A stretch of 62,341 nt of DNA, counting the filler, from Circinaria calcarea (lineage: Eukaryota), in NCBI GenBank assembly GCA_051942165.1. It is 12 parts of 12 records of this genome, joined end to end, with 100 filler letters (N's around TTAATTAATTAA, not from the genome) between each part and the next. Parts side by side here need not be neighbours in the genome. Positions count along the whole stretch, not along the records: positions 36,467 to 41,562 come from JAVECS010002045.1; positions 41,663 to 46,758 come from JAVECS010002046.1; positions 46,859 to 51,953 come from JAVECS010002047.1; 9 more parts are not named here. The stretch is one strand, 5' to 3'. Numbering within the stretch: the first letter of the stretch is position 1; the number at the start of each line of letters is the position of its first letter. The position numbers and the translations under genes are program-made. The notes under the pieces are model-generated. The model searched no databases. It saw only the letters and a program-made list of their open reading frames with translations, and had not been told where the DNA came from. Of the stretch, positions 36,467 to 49,192 are shown piece after piece.

Positions 36467-36920
36467 ATCCTGAAACCTCTTCAACGCAGCGTCATCCTGC
36501 TTAAAGACCCATGCCCAAGGTGGAAGGTCTGGAAGTTCTCTCCATAGTCGCTGTCATTATTTCAGACTGAAGACTACCGCCTGGCTTTCGCCCTTGCACT
36601 TGTCGGCCACGTAATCGGCGTCCATGAAATTTATTATGGTGGCGGCAATGTTCTGATCCGTCCCGCTGTAGTAGAAAGCATGGTTGAGTATGGCGAGGTG
36701 GCCTTGGTGAGGAGGGTTGAAGGAACCAGTGTATATCAGAATGCGATTTATGGTACCCATTTTAAAATTAGGTGGCGAAGGGTTGGTAGCTGTCGTAAGC
36801 TTGGGAGGGAAGGAAGTGGTAAGCAGGGTTTTGTCTTCCTCGGATGTGAAGGGTACAAAGTCTGTAATTATATCAGGAGATATATCTAATGGATAAGGAG
36901 TAAAGAGTGCTAACACAAGT
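36467..36920 (-). pseudogene. HxGH nucleotidyltransferase (cytidylyltransferase/NMNAT-like) pseudogene fragment
   Basis: NRILIYTGSFNPPHQGHLAIL motif; the frame reads ...VFSLK-TAA-TGA-QRLWRELPDLPPWAWVFK to the contig edge; 5' end uncertain. Confidence 0.7.
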
Positions 36921-39900
36921 GCCGTCTTCGAACATCCGATTGATCTTCTCTGTTTGTGGCATCCTGACCAAGTTGTTAGGCAGGCGTTATGCCTAGAGGC
37001 TTGAAACTTTAAATGTGCCACATACAAAGCAATGATAATCTGGCTCTTCACACGTTTTTCTTTAGGTAACATAAGGAGCTATATCAAGGCAAAGGAATAT
37101 GCAGATGAGGAATAAATATAACTCCAGTGATTAGCAACAAGATTTAGCTTAATGTTAGAAAAACGAAAGCCCACGGTAAATAATTTACACCTGTAGACCA
37201 TAATCACTAAATAAAATATGACATGACATCGTCCTTGAGCTTAAGTGTAAGTGTCGGAGACCTGCTAGCCCTCAATCTCAGCCAGCCCATATTGAAGTGT
37301 TGAAAGTTTCACACCCAGTCTATAATCACATGAATAGTCTTAGCCACCTTGTACAATCCATGTTCATAATTATACGCTGTCTTGTATTTTCTAACCGTGT
37401 ACTGCGAAATGAGGATCTCTCACCCACTACAGAGGTACATGGACAGTACTGCAAATCTATATCATATATATGGAGCTTAGCTGACCTCTCAACACTATTC
37501 TCAATCATTAATTGATGAGCCTTACGTCTTCCATGGCGGATGCTGGATGAATCATCGCTCACGCGGGACGGACATAGAAGAGATGACCTTTGTAGGTGCT
37601 GCGGATAGATGTCTTATCCGTGGACCTTAGCTGACTATCACTAACATTTCTCCCCTGACAACAGCCGTTTAAGTCGTATCATCCCCAGCAAGAGAGAACA
37701 TCCTTGTGGTAAGAAACATCTCAATTCGGAATGACCAGAGCTTCAAGTGGAACAAATGCGACGAGCCAGACGCGGAGAAGTATCAAATGTGAAGGCAAAA
37801 AGGCAACGAAGAAGGAGAGGCGCAAAATGCAAAGAGCATCAAGGGAGGGAAGGCACCAACGACAAAGGAGCACTAAGGGAGGAGAGGCACCCTCAGCAGA
37901 ACCATCAACACAATTCCAACGAGCGAGATAATGGATACAATCCAAGACCATCGAACCACCTGCATCATGTCAGCATTCTGAACTGTCCATCCACGAGCTT
38001 TGAATGGATTCTGACATTGAACATTGGTAAGGCGCAAAGGGTTGAATCTATACCAACACGGTTGCTCATGTGACCTTATCAGCCGTCTCTGCCCTATATC
38101 TAGAGTCGAGTACGATCTAGTTGTGTAAGACCTGAAGCCGACTGCTGTCAGGAAACGCTGGTTCAGATATCTCACCTCAGGATAGCGTTTCGCATCGGCA
38201 CATAAGCAGGCGGGAAATATGATCCTCGTTGCTCACCCGGCTCAGTAGTAGAGAAGGCATGGTCAAAGGAACAAGACACGAAGGATATCTGATAAGGTAT
38301 TTGAAGGAATAAGAGGAGAGCCACATATCCTTCTCATGAACGACAAAGAGTGGTTTGTATAGAACTTGACCAATGATTCTTCATATTAAGAAGGTCATCG
38401 CAAAGGCAGGAAGAAGCCAAATGGAGTCTCAAACGGTCACTCAACCATCTCTAATACAGAGAGATATGCATAGGCGTAAGTATGAACTCCTATGGGCTCT
38501 AACTATATCTTACGGGTCATATGTAATCTCATAAGACTTCTGTCTGTGTACGGCATCAGCCAGCTAGCTTGGGGACATAGCATCCAAAGGCCAGCCTAGA
38601 ACGAATCGACAGCAACGAGCGAGAGGTAGTGCAAGAGCGCGATTGTTGACCACCAGTCTAATGAGTCGGCTATGCAAGCTAATTGTACAGACTAGGCAGT
38701 ACAGCCGGTGCGGAGATTTAGCTGTCGAAGTTTGCGAACAAGTATTGAGTTGCTGCTCTGACAGGGGAGGGTTGTAGGTGGATGGTGTGAGAGCATACAG
38801 ATCTTCCCTCAAGTTCGGTTATAAGAAGATGGTTGATGAGTGATCATGATCACTGTTGAGTGGATGTGATGGTTGTTCGGCGGGAGTGGACGTTGACGCG
38901 AGGCTGAGACGTCGTCTCCTCTGACTAGCCCGTCGCCCTGTTAATTAATTCGACGTCATCCGCCTCGAGCTCGAAGGAAGTCGAGACCCGAAGAATCCTG
39001 TCCCGAGCGGCACCTTACTCTGGCTTCCTCTGTCAGACTCACCCTTCAGTCGGGATATGGGCATTAGTGCCAACGCAGTGATGGCGCATTCTTTGAAAAT
39101 CCGATGTAAACGGCCACACCACACGCAATCTCCCCAGCAAATTATTCTACGAGGCCAGCCTTGCATGACTGGGGTGTGTGTGACCCGACACTCCGCATCT
39201 CGTCAGGGTACCGGCGAAGCTTTACTACGGTGCCGTGGGTGCCAGGCGAGATAACTGTTACGGCGGTTCTCGACCACCCCCGTATACCTAACAACAATGG
39301 TAGAATTCCTGGTAAAAATGAAGGACTATGTCAAAGTGTACAATCGGGGCATTCCCCAGGTTTTTTTTTACAAAATTCAAACGATATTTGGGCATGGTAC
39401 GGAGTATAGTCAGTGGGAAAAGACCAAGTTAATAATTACTTTGACACCTGAGAGGAAGGCCCTGGGCCAGTTTGACACCGAGGCGTTGCCGATACATCCC
39501 CGTCAGCCATCTCCAGAACTCAACGGTACATGGAGACACGAAAGACGACACGCTATTCTTGCACTTTGTTCTACGGGAATCTCCTCGTCAGAGCTACAGG
39601 GTATGCATGCAATTGGGGGGGGGGAAGGAAAAGCATGTCAATGCAAGGGTGCAGGGTGTACCGAAGTTCAGATGCACACATCCACATAGAGGTAATCGAA
39701 GTGCTGATCAATTCGTTTACTGTGGTAGAGCCCCATCATGTCGGGGTGATCCTGCGACGACTTCTGCCTATTCGCCTGAGCACTTGCATAACACCCTTTT
39801 CGACTTCTCAGCCGATCTTTGAACAAGCAGCGAGCTGTTGCATGGGCATGATGCAGCTTCTCTGGTATGGTGGCTTTGTTTCAGGTGTCGTTTGAAGCTG

Positions 39901-41259
39901 GTGCTAATCTCGACATTTAACGTAAGATCATGCTATTGGTGCCAATTCGAGATGATTTCTAAATTTAGATGAGGTAATTACCATCAACTTTCTTTATCGC
40001 TGGATCAACGGTCAGAGATTACACCTCCGCGCTTAGTTGTTAGAACTACGTTTCAATACTTTTAAGATTATACTGCAATGCTTTCAGTATGTGTTTAGAG
40101 GTTTTTTTTTTTTTTTTTTTTTTGGCAAACAGAGTTAAATCCACATCAAGTAGACATGTTCATGTAGAGTAGATACATTGAACGTTATTAACACGACGGT
40201 AATTACAATATTGACCATGTTTGACTCGAGCAAACTCGGTACAATGCCATTGCCACTTGTCCCTTGGTAGCACAAAAAGGATTCCATCCTCAGCCTACTT
40301 TCTTTCGCTCTGCAGTCTCTAGTAGCCCATCCTGGCTTGCCACCCTCTCCCAGGCGTTTCTTTCAAACTGTTTGATCCCTTCTGCATCCCCATGCATCAC
40401 GATTAGGCTATTCCCACCATTGTAGCAAATGCAGACGTTACGTCCTCAGCTGCCGGTTCAGCAGTTGCTCAGGTTTGGGTAGATCCTGATTTGCTCGAAT
40501 CAAACTCGCCACACTACCCCCATTGATCTCCACTGTGCACCATTTCTGGTGGAGATTCCAAGTCACTTTGCTGTCAACATGCCCGCTTATGCCATGTCGC
40601 ATGGGAAACAAGCCATAGCTCGGCGCTAGTAGATCAATGCCTAGCTCAGTTAAGTCCGGAAAAACTTTATTATTTACTTCTAGTATATCGTATGCATACC
40701 ATTTTGAACCAATCAGAATAGGAAATGGAGCTAAAATACCTGAAAACTTCATTAGTCTAAGCAGGGATTTCAGTGATTTTTAGCGCCGAGCTTATGGCTG
40801 TGCCGCAGTGCCAAAGCTATCGTGCTTCCTGCAATCCTTCATGTAGGCACCCGCACGCGGCGGCTTGGTCCTGGCTTGGCACAGATATGGCTTCATGAAG
40901 GCTCACGCAATCCCGATTAAATCCTGCACCCGTTTAAGCCCCTACGATTGCCTTACAATTTGCCTTTCACGTTCCACAACAGAGTCACCACTTTAGTTTA
41001 CGTAGGACCGTTTCACCAAAAAGAGTCATGAGATTCCTTGTTCAAGGCCAATCGAGTCCCTCTGTCATCCTCAAGGCACTTGTGGGGAAATCGCCGGGGG
41101 GAAATCAGCCGGTTTTTAAAATAGAATTAACTCGGTAATGAAATTAAAAATAGAAATTATAATTTCATCCCTTACTTAATGTCTTATTTCAGGGGAGTAT
41201 CCTAAAGAACACATTATTATCAGAAGGGTGTTAGCTTAAAAGCCCTAGCCCGAGGCTAA

Positions 41260-41450
41260 ACTATCGCAATACCATTATCGTAATGCTAATAGCGGTAATA
41301 ACCCTTACGGCAGCGACCTCTGCGATAATAGCCTCTACAATAGGAATTATTACGGCAGCGACTTTTACGACAGTGGTCTCTGCGACAATAATCTCTATGA
41401 TAATAAAATAATAGGTCTTTACGATAACAAAAGCGACCTTCCACAATTAA
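41260..41450. repeat. Degenerate 15-bp periodic repeat
   Basis: Units such as CGGCAGCGACCTCTG, CGATAATAGCCTCTA, CGGCAGCGACTTTTA, CGACAGTGGTCTCTG, CGACAATAATCTCTA. Confidence 0.65.
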
Positions 41451-41562
41451 CCTTAATAATAACCACTTTCCACATATATAGAAGGTCAGTCACTAAGAAT
41501 AAAAGGTAAAATATAAGATTATAGATTTCCGTATTTTTTAACGCCACCAGGTAAATAATTCT

Positions 41563-41662
41563 NNNNNNNNNNNNNNNNNNNNNNNNNNNNNNNNNNNNNN
41601 NNNNNNTTAATTAATTAANNNNNNNNNNNNNNNNNNNNNNNNNNNNNNNNNNNNNNNNNNNN
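41563..41662. other. Artificial contig-joining spacer
   Basis: 44 N + TTAATTAATTAA + 44 N. Confidence 0.98.
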
Positions 41663-41797
41663 GATGAGGAGTACGAGAATATGTTGAGGGAGAGGCTGTT
41701 GCGAGTTGATGCGGAGATTGCGATCGTCGATGAGGATCTGGGGACGTTAAGAGAGCAAGAGAAGAATCGAAAGGGAGTGGACGGGTCTACGGCATGA
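41663..41797 (+). CDS. 3' end of an unidentified protein with a C-terminal coiled coil
   Basis: DEEYENMLRERLLRVDAEIAIVDEDLGTLREQEKNRKGVDGSTA*, open from the contig edge. Confidence 0.55.
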   Translation, partial: DEEYENMLRERLLRVDAEIAIVDEDLGTLREQEKNRKGVDGSTA

Positions 41798-41924
41798 AGA
41801 CCGCTGTCGTGGAAAAGCGAGTTGCGATTTGGGGGTATCTATGCTATGCAACAACATCGCTCGAACGCATGCAAAAATGCAAAGATGGATTTCAGCCAAG
41901 CCACAGCGGAGAGAAAACTGCATC

Positions 41925-44617
41925 TCAGTCATCCTCATCCCATTTATTCTGCCAATTTTCACCATCACCGTCTTGAACCTCGGCCCAACCGCACGACCAT
42001 CGTCTGCCTTCGCCCTCTCCCCCTGTCCTTAGGTCCCTTGCATCCGTTCCGTCTCCATCTCGCCAACATCTAGCCTGCCAATCATCGCTGACTGTGACCA
42101 AGTCTCCATCCTGTGTCCACGTTAGACCAGTTACTTCTCTGGTGTGGCCTTCAACGAGGGCTGAGCCGTGCAGGTAAATGGGGATCGCATCTTCAGGGCG
42201 ATTTAATTTGCTGACGCCAACTATTCTTCTTCTGCGAGAGCAAAAGGGACGGTCGGTGTTTGAAAAGATTGGTCTTTCGGGAATGGAATCCTTAAGGGGC
42301 GTGCTAATATGGTGCTGCATGTAACGCTCGTCAGTCGGAAAAACCACTGCGCATGAATCGCTGCTCCCAACCGCCAACAACTCAGTTTTATCATCTCTGG
42401 CCGGCCGAACAGCAAGCTTAACATAGAAAGTTGAACAGTGGAGTTTCGGATTTCGGAACCCGTACAAAGGTCCTAAGCCATCCTTCTCTGGGTTTCGAAG
42501 TACGTTGGCTCGATTGGAACCGGAAGAAAGTTCTGGAGCGTGGCCGAGAATCAGGTGCGACGTAGAATATGCATAGACAGTACTATCCCTGCAAAGGGTG
42601 TACAAACGACCACCATCGCCGCTCAGTCCCATAGAGGTCAACCCAAAATGGCGGTGCTTATTATGGCTATCCGGCGGTTGAGTGGTCGATGTTGGCGTTG
42701 CACATCCCCATCGGTGACTATATGTCATTCGTAGGTCCCATAGCTTTACCGTAGCGTCGCTGTCGGAGCCCGTAAGAAGAAGATGTTCGCGCCCTTGAGG
42801 TAAGAATGATAAAGCTGTTATGGATATATGGGCCTGTCTGGGCGTAGGTTTGGTCTTTGGGGAAGCGACCATGCCCAAGCAAGGTTGTTTAGACGTTGCC
42901 GATCCTTTTTGTTGTATCCTTGCTTTGGTCCATTCCGAGTCAGCCCAAGCTGGTTGAACCGGGTATATCCTGTTAATAGCATGAAGCCATTTCTCGTTCG
43001 GGTCGGTATTCCATCTTTCTTCTGCTTTCATTTTGGGATCTTCCAAAATGGCTTTCATTTCTTGAACAGGAAGTACGGAGCTTCTACATCTTAAGTCGTA
43101 GATGTTTACTATTCCATCTCGGCTTGATGTACCAATCACGTTATTTGATCCCGGCTGAAAGCGTATCTGTTTGATCGTGCATTGATGTTCGATAAGGGTA
43201 TAAATCGTGCGCTGCGTCTCCATATCAATAACCCCAGCACAAGCGTCTCCGGCTGCAGTGGCAAGTAATGTGTCATCAGAAGAGAACGTGATGTCAAGTA
43301 TTGCATTCTTGTGGGGCCGGAACGTAACGATGGCTTTTGAGAAACCGGGTTTACTCCCAGCTGCGGACTCTACCAGTCGAAGACCGCCCATTCCATCGCC
43401 AATAGCGACCAGAGAATTTGCTATAAAGATGGAAAGGTTAGAATTAAGAGCCAGCACTAACAGTGCGAACAACTTACTGTTACAAGGCGTTACACAGAAG
43501 GGAACAGGCTGTTTAGGTGGAGGTATTCCGAGATCCTTGCAGAGAAAGATGTCCTCTTCCCGGCTGTAGAAGTTACTTGTCTCGCACTGCCAATCTTTTA
43601 CAAGTCAGCCGGGTTGCTACATGGCGCAGAGAACCATTACTTACTGCTAATGCAATTGTATCTCAATTGTCTTGACACGAAAGGTACCGCGCCCTGTTCG
43701 CGACGTAAGATGGCTCCGCTACCTCCACGGTACTTTGAGCGAAAGAAAGGCTGCGGAAACTCGACACCAGGTTCTTCCTCTTCAGAGTCTTCATCATCGC
43801 TATCAGTGAAATACATTCCCCTATCATTGAAATCTTCATGGTCCAGCGCTTCTGTTGATTGTACACGAGTTCTTTTTATGGGCGATGATCTATCGGGCGT
43901 CGTCTCCGGAGTTTCCAACGCTTTCCGCTTTCCGTCTTTCTTATTGGTCTCCTTGCATTCGACCCAGTCACCGTTCCACATCTGTACCATGGGTTTCTTG
44001 GGCGAGCGTTTCCTCGAAACGATTGTTCGATTGGACGCTGAGGATGTGATATCCCTTAAGATTTGTCTCGAAGCACCAACTTTCGTGCCCAATCCTACCG
44101 ACGACCTGGGCGTGAAGAACCGTGTAAAGGTTCTTGGCGTGACGGTGGCTTTCTTCTTAAGTTTACCACTGCTGGTACCGTCTGGTTGGCTCGACGATGG
44201 AATGGGCGGCGATAGCATTGAGGACGGGTCTGGATCTGGGGTAGGACCTGCATTGCGGCTTGCCGATTGAGAAGAATACTCATGCGAAGGAGAAGAGTCC
44301 GGTAAAAGGGAAGAGCTCTTCAAGTAAGAAGAGCTTTCTAAAGGAGAAGAGCTCTCCTGCAGAAGAAAACTCCCCGGTAGGGAAGAAGGGCTATCTGGTA
44401 ATGTAGAGTTTTCTGGTGAGGGAGAACCCTCCAATGGATAAGTACGCCGTTTTAGAGGGGAACTCGCCATTGGGGGAGAAAGATCTAGTGTAGGAGAACG
44501 CTCTGTTACCGAAGAAGCATCTGGTGAATGAGAATTCTCCAAAGGGGAAGAATAATCTGGTGAAAGGGTTCTATCGGGTGTGACATATCTCCCTGCTGAG
44601 TGGTCCATTTTGAACAC
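41925..44617 (-). CDS. CDT2: Cdt2/DTL-like WD40 substrate receptor of CRL4, 3 exons
   Basis: Ser-rich N-terminus (43637..44617), middle exon DWQCETSNFYS...PFCVTPCN, then WD40 repeats HKNAILD, SRDG, KLWDLR, STFYVK, GHTREVT; the start could be a later ATG (~44470). Confidence 0.82.
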
Positions 44618-45144
44618 CGCACACCCACTGTGGGTGAGAAATCAAGCTATCGAGGTAAGTGGGAAACAATGCACGTTAATTGGCCTCGTAGTGAAGGAAG
44701 ACCCTCCCGAACGCGCAACACCAAAATTCGCGTTCAGCACAATCGGAATATTTAAAGTGGCCGCTAAGCTACTATTATGCTAGGCTGCTCGGATGTCGGC
44801 CGCCGGTCCATGGAGTCTAAGCGATATCAGATAAGACATGGGGCGCAGGGTGTTGGTCTTCGAGCATGGGGGATACGTAAGATCGAGCAACACATCTACA
44901 GTTGGCCACTCCCTTTCGCTGAACGGAATAGATCTATCTTGCAGGCAGGCGCATAAGATATCTTGGAAGCTCTTACACACAGAGCACTAGATTTTATCAG
45001 ATCAGAGGAGCACTACTGCATACAGCCCTAGGGAATTACGGAGTACCCATTCGATCTTTGTGCGACAAATCACATCTTTGACCTTTGTCGAACATCTGTA
45101 ACCGGCCATGTGAGAAATAGCAGAAAAAGAGGCTACAGGCTATA

Positions 45145-46758
45145 ATGGCGGCTTTAGCTCCTATCTCGCCGCCACCACCTCCTCATAAACGGCGAAGTAA
45201 AAGCTGGGCGCGCAATTGTGAGAAATGCTGCTGGACAGTCGTCACTTATCTGCCACTTTTCTTTGTATATGGCTTGACGACATGGGCACTCTGGGTGGAA
45301 TGCAGCATCGGGTCGTTATGGGCCTCGACTTCTCGAAAAGGTAGCATGGCTCCGAACTGAAAGGATACGGAGGTCTGGTCAACTTACTTTCATTTAGGAT
45401 ATATCTTCATATTTACCGGCGCCCTCTTCTACTTCCTACTCAATTGGTCATACACAACCGCCGTATTTACTGACCCTGGCTCACCCACGTCCGCTCCCGC
45501 AACCCGATCTGGGTATTCTCACCTTCCGACACATGAGCCAACCCCCAACGCAGACCTTCCATCCTTCACAGTCAAGTCGACAGGTGGGTCACGTTTCTGC
45601 AAGAAATGTCAGGCGCGGAAGCCAGACCGTGCCCACCATTGCTCGAGTTGCCGACGATGTGTTCTCAAGATGGATCATCACTGCCCTTGGCTTGCGACGT
45701 GCGTAGGACACAAGAACTACAAACCTTTCCTTTTATTTTGTGCGTACACGACGCTATTTTGCTGGTTATGCTTTGGGGTTTCAGCGTCATGGTTGTGGAC
45801 TGAGCTGTTCAACAGTTCAGATGAAGAAGAGGGCCTTTTGGCCATCAATATGGTGCTGCTGAGTGTTCTTTCCGGAATTTTAGGTTTAGTACTAGCCGCT
45901 TTTACCGGGTGGCATATAGGCTTGGCCTGGCGCGGACAGACCACGATCGAGTGTTTGGAAAAGACAAGATACCTGAGTCCGTTGAGGAAGTCAATGCAGA
46001 GGCAGCAATATGGTGTCAGTGACGAGTCTAGGAGTACCGTGCAGAGGTATGGTCAGCAATTAGCGGAGATACATGCGAATGCTATACCTGGCATTACGAG
46101 GATTGAAGAGGGGGAGGAGCGCGCATCACCGACTGGTGATTTAGAGCAGGGGATGGCGAGGAGAGATGCACCACATATGAGTTACAGCGATGTGGAAAGG
46201 TCGCGAGAGAGGCAAAGATATGAAGAGTATCTGGACGAGCAAGACTCGGAGAAGCTACCGAACGCATTTGATCTTGGATGGCGGAGGAATCTCTCGCACC
46301 TCTTCGGAGATACACCGCTGCTCTGGTTCTTCCCGATTTGTAACACCAAGGGAGACGGTTGGCGATGGGAGCCTAGTCCGAAGTGGCTTGAAGCGAGAGA
46401 GGAAATCCGACGCCAGAGAGAAGAGCAATGGAAGGAGCAAGAACAGAGGGAACAAGAAGCTGAATGGGGTCGCAGGCAGAATGGGTATGCGAGTCCGGTT
46501 CGACCAGGCGAGGACAATGATAGGCACTACCTTACTACATCCGCTGGGGTTGCGGCTGTATCTAAGACCGGCACGAGAACTCCCGGAAAAGCGGACCAGA
46601 TATTGGGAAGATCACCTAACCAGTTCGTGGATGGTGCCTTTTCAGTGGATGATCGACCTGGAAGTCGTTTGTCGATGAAGACCATCAGGCGGAAGAGTAG
46701 CTTTGATGGTCGAAGTGATGCCGGAGATGATCAGTATGAGGTTAGCAGTGATGAAGAA
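45145..46758 (+). CDS. PFA3: DHHC palmitoyltransferase, 3' truncated
   Basis: [65 protein letters not shown] and NAFDLG motifs. Confidence 0.9.
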
Positions 46759-46858
46759 NNNNNNNNNNNNNNNNNNNNNNNNNNNNNNNNNNNNNNNNNN
46801 NNTTAATTAATTAANNNNNNNNNNNNNNNNNNNNNNNNNNNNNNNNNNNNNNNNNNNN
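46759..46858. other. Artificial contig-joining spacer
   Basis: 44 N + TTAATTAATTAA + 44 N. Confidence 0.98.
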
Positions 46859-48888
46859 GGGTGGGTCGGGGAGCGGATGATGAAGACGGTGTTGAGGGCA
46901 GAGAGGATGGAGAGATCACGGGAGGTTGGGGAGATGGGTCGAGGGTCCGTAGGGGAGGGAAGGGTGAGTGACGAGGTTTGAAAAACTGTGAGAGCGGCAG
47001 AAAGGTCGCCGGTTCCTTGGGCGATGAGTCCTTCAAGGTAATGAATGAACAGCTCAAGCTCTTGCGCAGACTCGTTGGGAAGCTCCGTCACGATCTCTTT
47101 CAAGAGTGAGAGCTCCGACTTTGCTGCGGTCCATGAGGTACGAGCGCATAGGGCAAAGGTCATTTGCAGCCGAACCTGGCAAAGTAAAGTACGGCGCCAA
47201 AGTTGCCGAGAGGCTAATGCGCAGAGTGGTCCCGTCTGACTTTTACGGTTGCCTTTGGAATTTCGTCAACCCATGTTCCGAGTACAGCCAATGAGAACAT
47301 ACCTTCCAGCAGCCGTTGGGCCTCCTTCAGGTACTGCTCCGACTTCTGCCCATCCATAGCATTCCGATGTATAACTACCGCACCACTGAGTAGATAGCCA
47401 AGCGCATAAATGTCTTCTCTTGGCAGCCAATTGAGTACCAGAGCAGTGTTCTGGTCAGAATCAACCCGCACCACCCCAACGGGCGAACCGTTGCCCTGGA
47501 GAGTCATGGCCGATTCACGACTAATCGGAATGGAATAGAGACCATCATCATTCCACTGCTTATCGGATATTCTCTGATCAAGAGTCGCTTGCATTGCCTG
47601 CATCTTTGGTAGCGCTTGTAACGGGTCGTTTTTCTGCAAGCTGCAACATAAATCAACGAAATGCGTCATAGCTGCTAACTGCGGAACCTCCTGGGCAGCT
47701 GGGTTGAGCTGAGAGCTCCGGGCTGCTGCTAATGCATGTTGAGCCTGCTCGATGCTTTCGACGCTGTTGGATTGATGCAGGTGGATTAAGGCCTCTATAA
47801 TCCATGCGGTAACTGAGACAGCGAGATCTCCACGACCACCTGACAGAGTTGTAATGGCCTTGAGATGGCTCATGGCTATAAGCGTCTCTTGATGTAACGA
47901 CATCTGCAGCGAGAGGGAGGCTCTCAGGAACCGAAAAGCATAAACCCATGCCACATGCTGGTATCTTGTAATCTTTAGTCTTGTAGATTGATTGATTGGA
48001 GCTAACTGACGCTTCGACATCTCTAATGACGCCATCCAAGAACTTCACGGAGGCTCTTGGATTCGTAGCAAACATGACTCTGGCGAGAAGATGTTGCATG
48101 TTATACTTGAGGTCAAGTAGTCGATACTGCAGACATCAGGTTAAAGCCTAGAAGAAGTCGAGTTTGACACTGACTCTATCAGATAAAGCAATCTTGCAAA
48201 GGTTAGCAGTTGATGAGTTCAGACGGCCTAGAAGAAAATACCCCTTTACTTAATGCTTCTTCAGCCTCCATGAAATTCTCAGTCTCCTGAAAGAGTATTG
48301 AGGCATAGCGGAGTCGAGTCATGGCTTCCAAATTAGGTTGCATTCTGAAGTTCTAAATCTATTCAGCTTTTCTTCGTGGACTGAATGACCTAATATCCCG
48401 ACTACCTTCAGCACAGCCTCCAGGCATCCCAGACCGGTTGAAACAAGCTTGTAGTACTCGTCTAACTGGCCCTCCCGCTGGAGTAAAGCTACAATAGAGC
48501 CTCCGCCATGCGCTGCAGCTAGGTAATCTTCTGCCAAGGAGAGTAGCAGCAATTGATAGTCGATCGGTGGATATGTAATTTCAGGAGGTGTATGAGCCGT
48601 AGCATACGCGTGACCATTCGCTACAGCAGTATTTTGTGTATGAGGGAGGGTGCCCGTTTGCGTTTGATTTCGCGGTGGTTTTGAATAAGGTTCATCCTGC
48701 ATCATTCCATTTTGGCTCTGAGAAAAATGTCCCTGATTGTTTACTGAACCTCGGCTCTGGCAGAGAGTTTGGTTTTCTTGGATTCTAGGCACTTGTATTT
48801 GCACATTTGGTCTTTTGCCAACTGTATCTTGCTGGTCTTGGCGCTCTGGATTCGCATTAATATAATGTCTTGGGCTCTGAAACGCCAT
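46859..48888 (-). CDS. SCC4: Cohesin loader subunit Scc4/MAU2 (Ssl3-like), multi-exon, 3' truncated
   Basis: DYQLLLLSLAEDYL...YYKLVSTGLGCLEAVLK; LRYASILFQETENFMEAE; LDLKYNMQHLLAR; WVYAFRFLR; start uncertain. Confidence 0.8.
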
Positions 48889-49043
48889 CTTCTCTTCAGG
48901 TTACATTGGTAAGGAATTTTCAATGTCTATGGAAACGAGGCCGGAATGGAAGATATGTTACAAGTTGAGAGCCAATTATTACTGTTGCCATGTATTTCGA
49001 TAGATACTATGCCCTATTCTAGCGCTTTAACCGCCAGACCCGA

Positions 49044-49071
49044 GGCCGAGAAGCCGAGAAGCCGAGAAGCC
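49044..49071. repeat. 8-bp tandem repeat in a short divergent intergenic region
   Basis: GCCGAGAA x3 between the SCC4 and esterase starts. Confidence 0.8.
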
Positions 49072-49192
49072 CGATTTTATTGGAGAGCATCAACGGTTCT
49101 CAAACACGAGTGACGTAGACGTGGATAATCATACTCGTATCCACATCTTTGATCTATATCCTAGCAACATCTCATCAATACAACCCCCAGAA

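Noticed and set aside
43614..44270. 218-aa + strand ORF and similar long antisense ORFs (e.g. 15121..15603, 34109..34555, 49522..50118)
   Set aside because: Antisense shadows of well-supported genes, with no independent motifs
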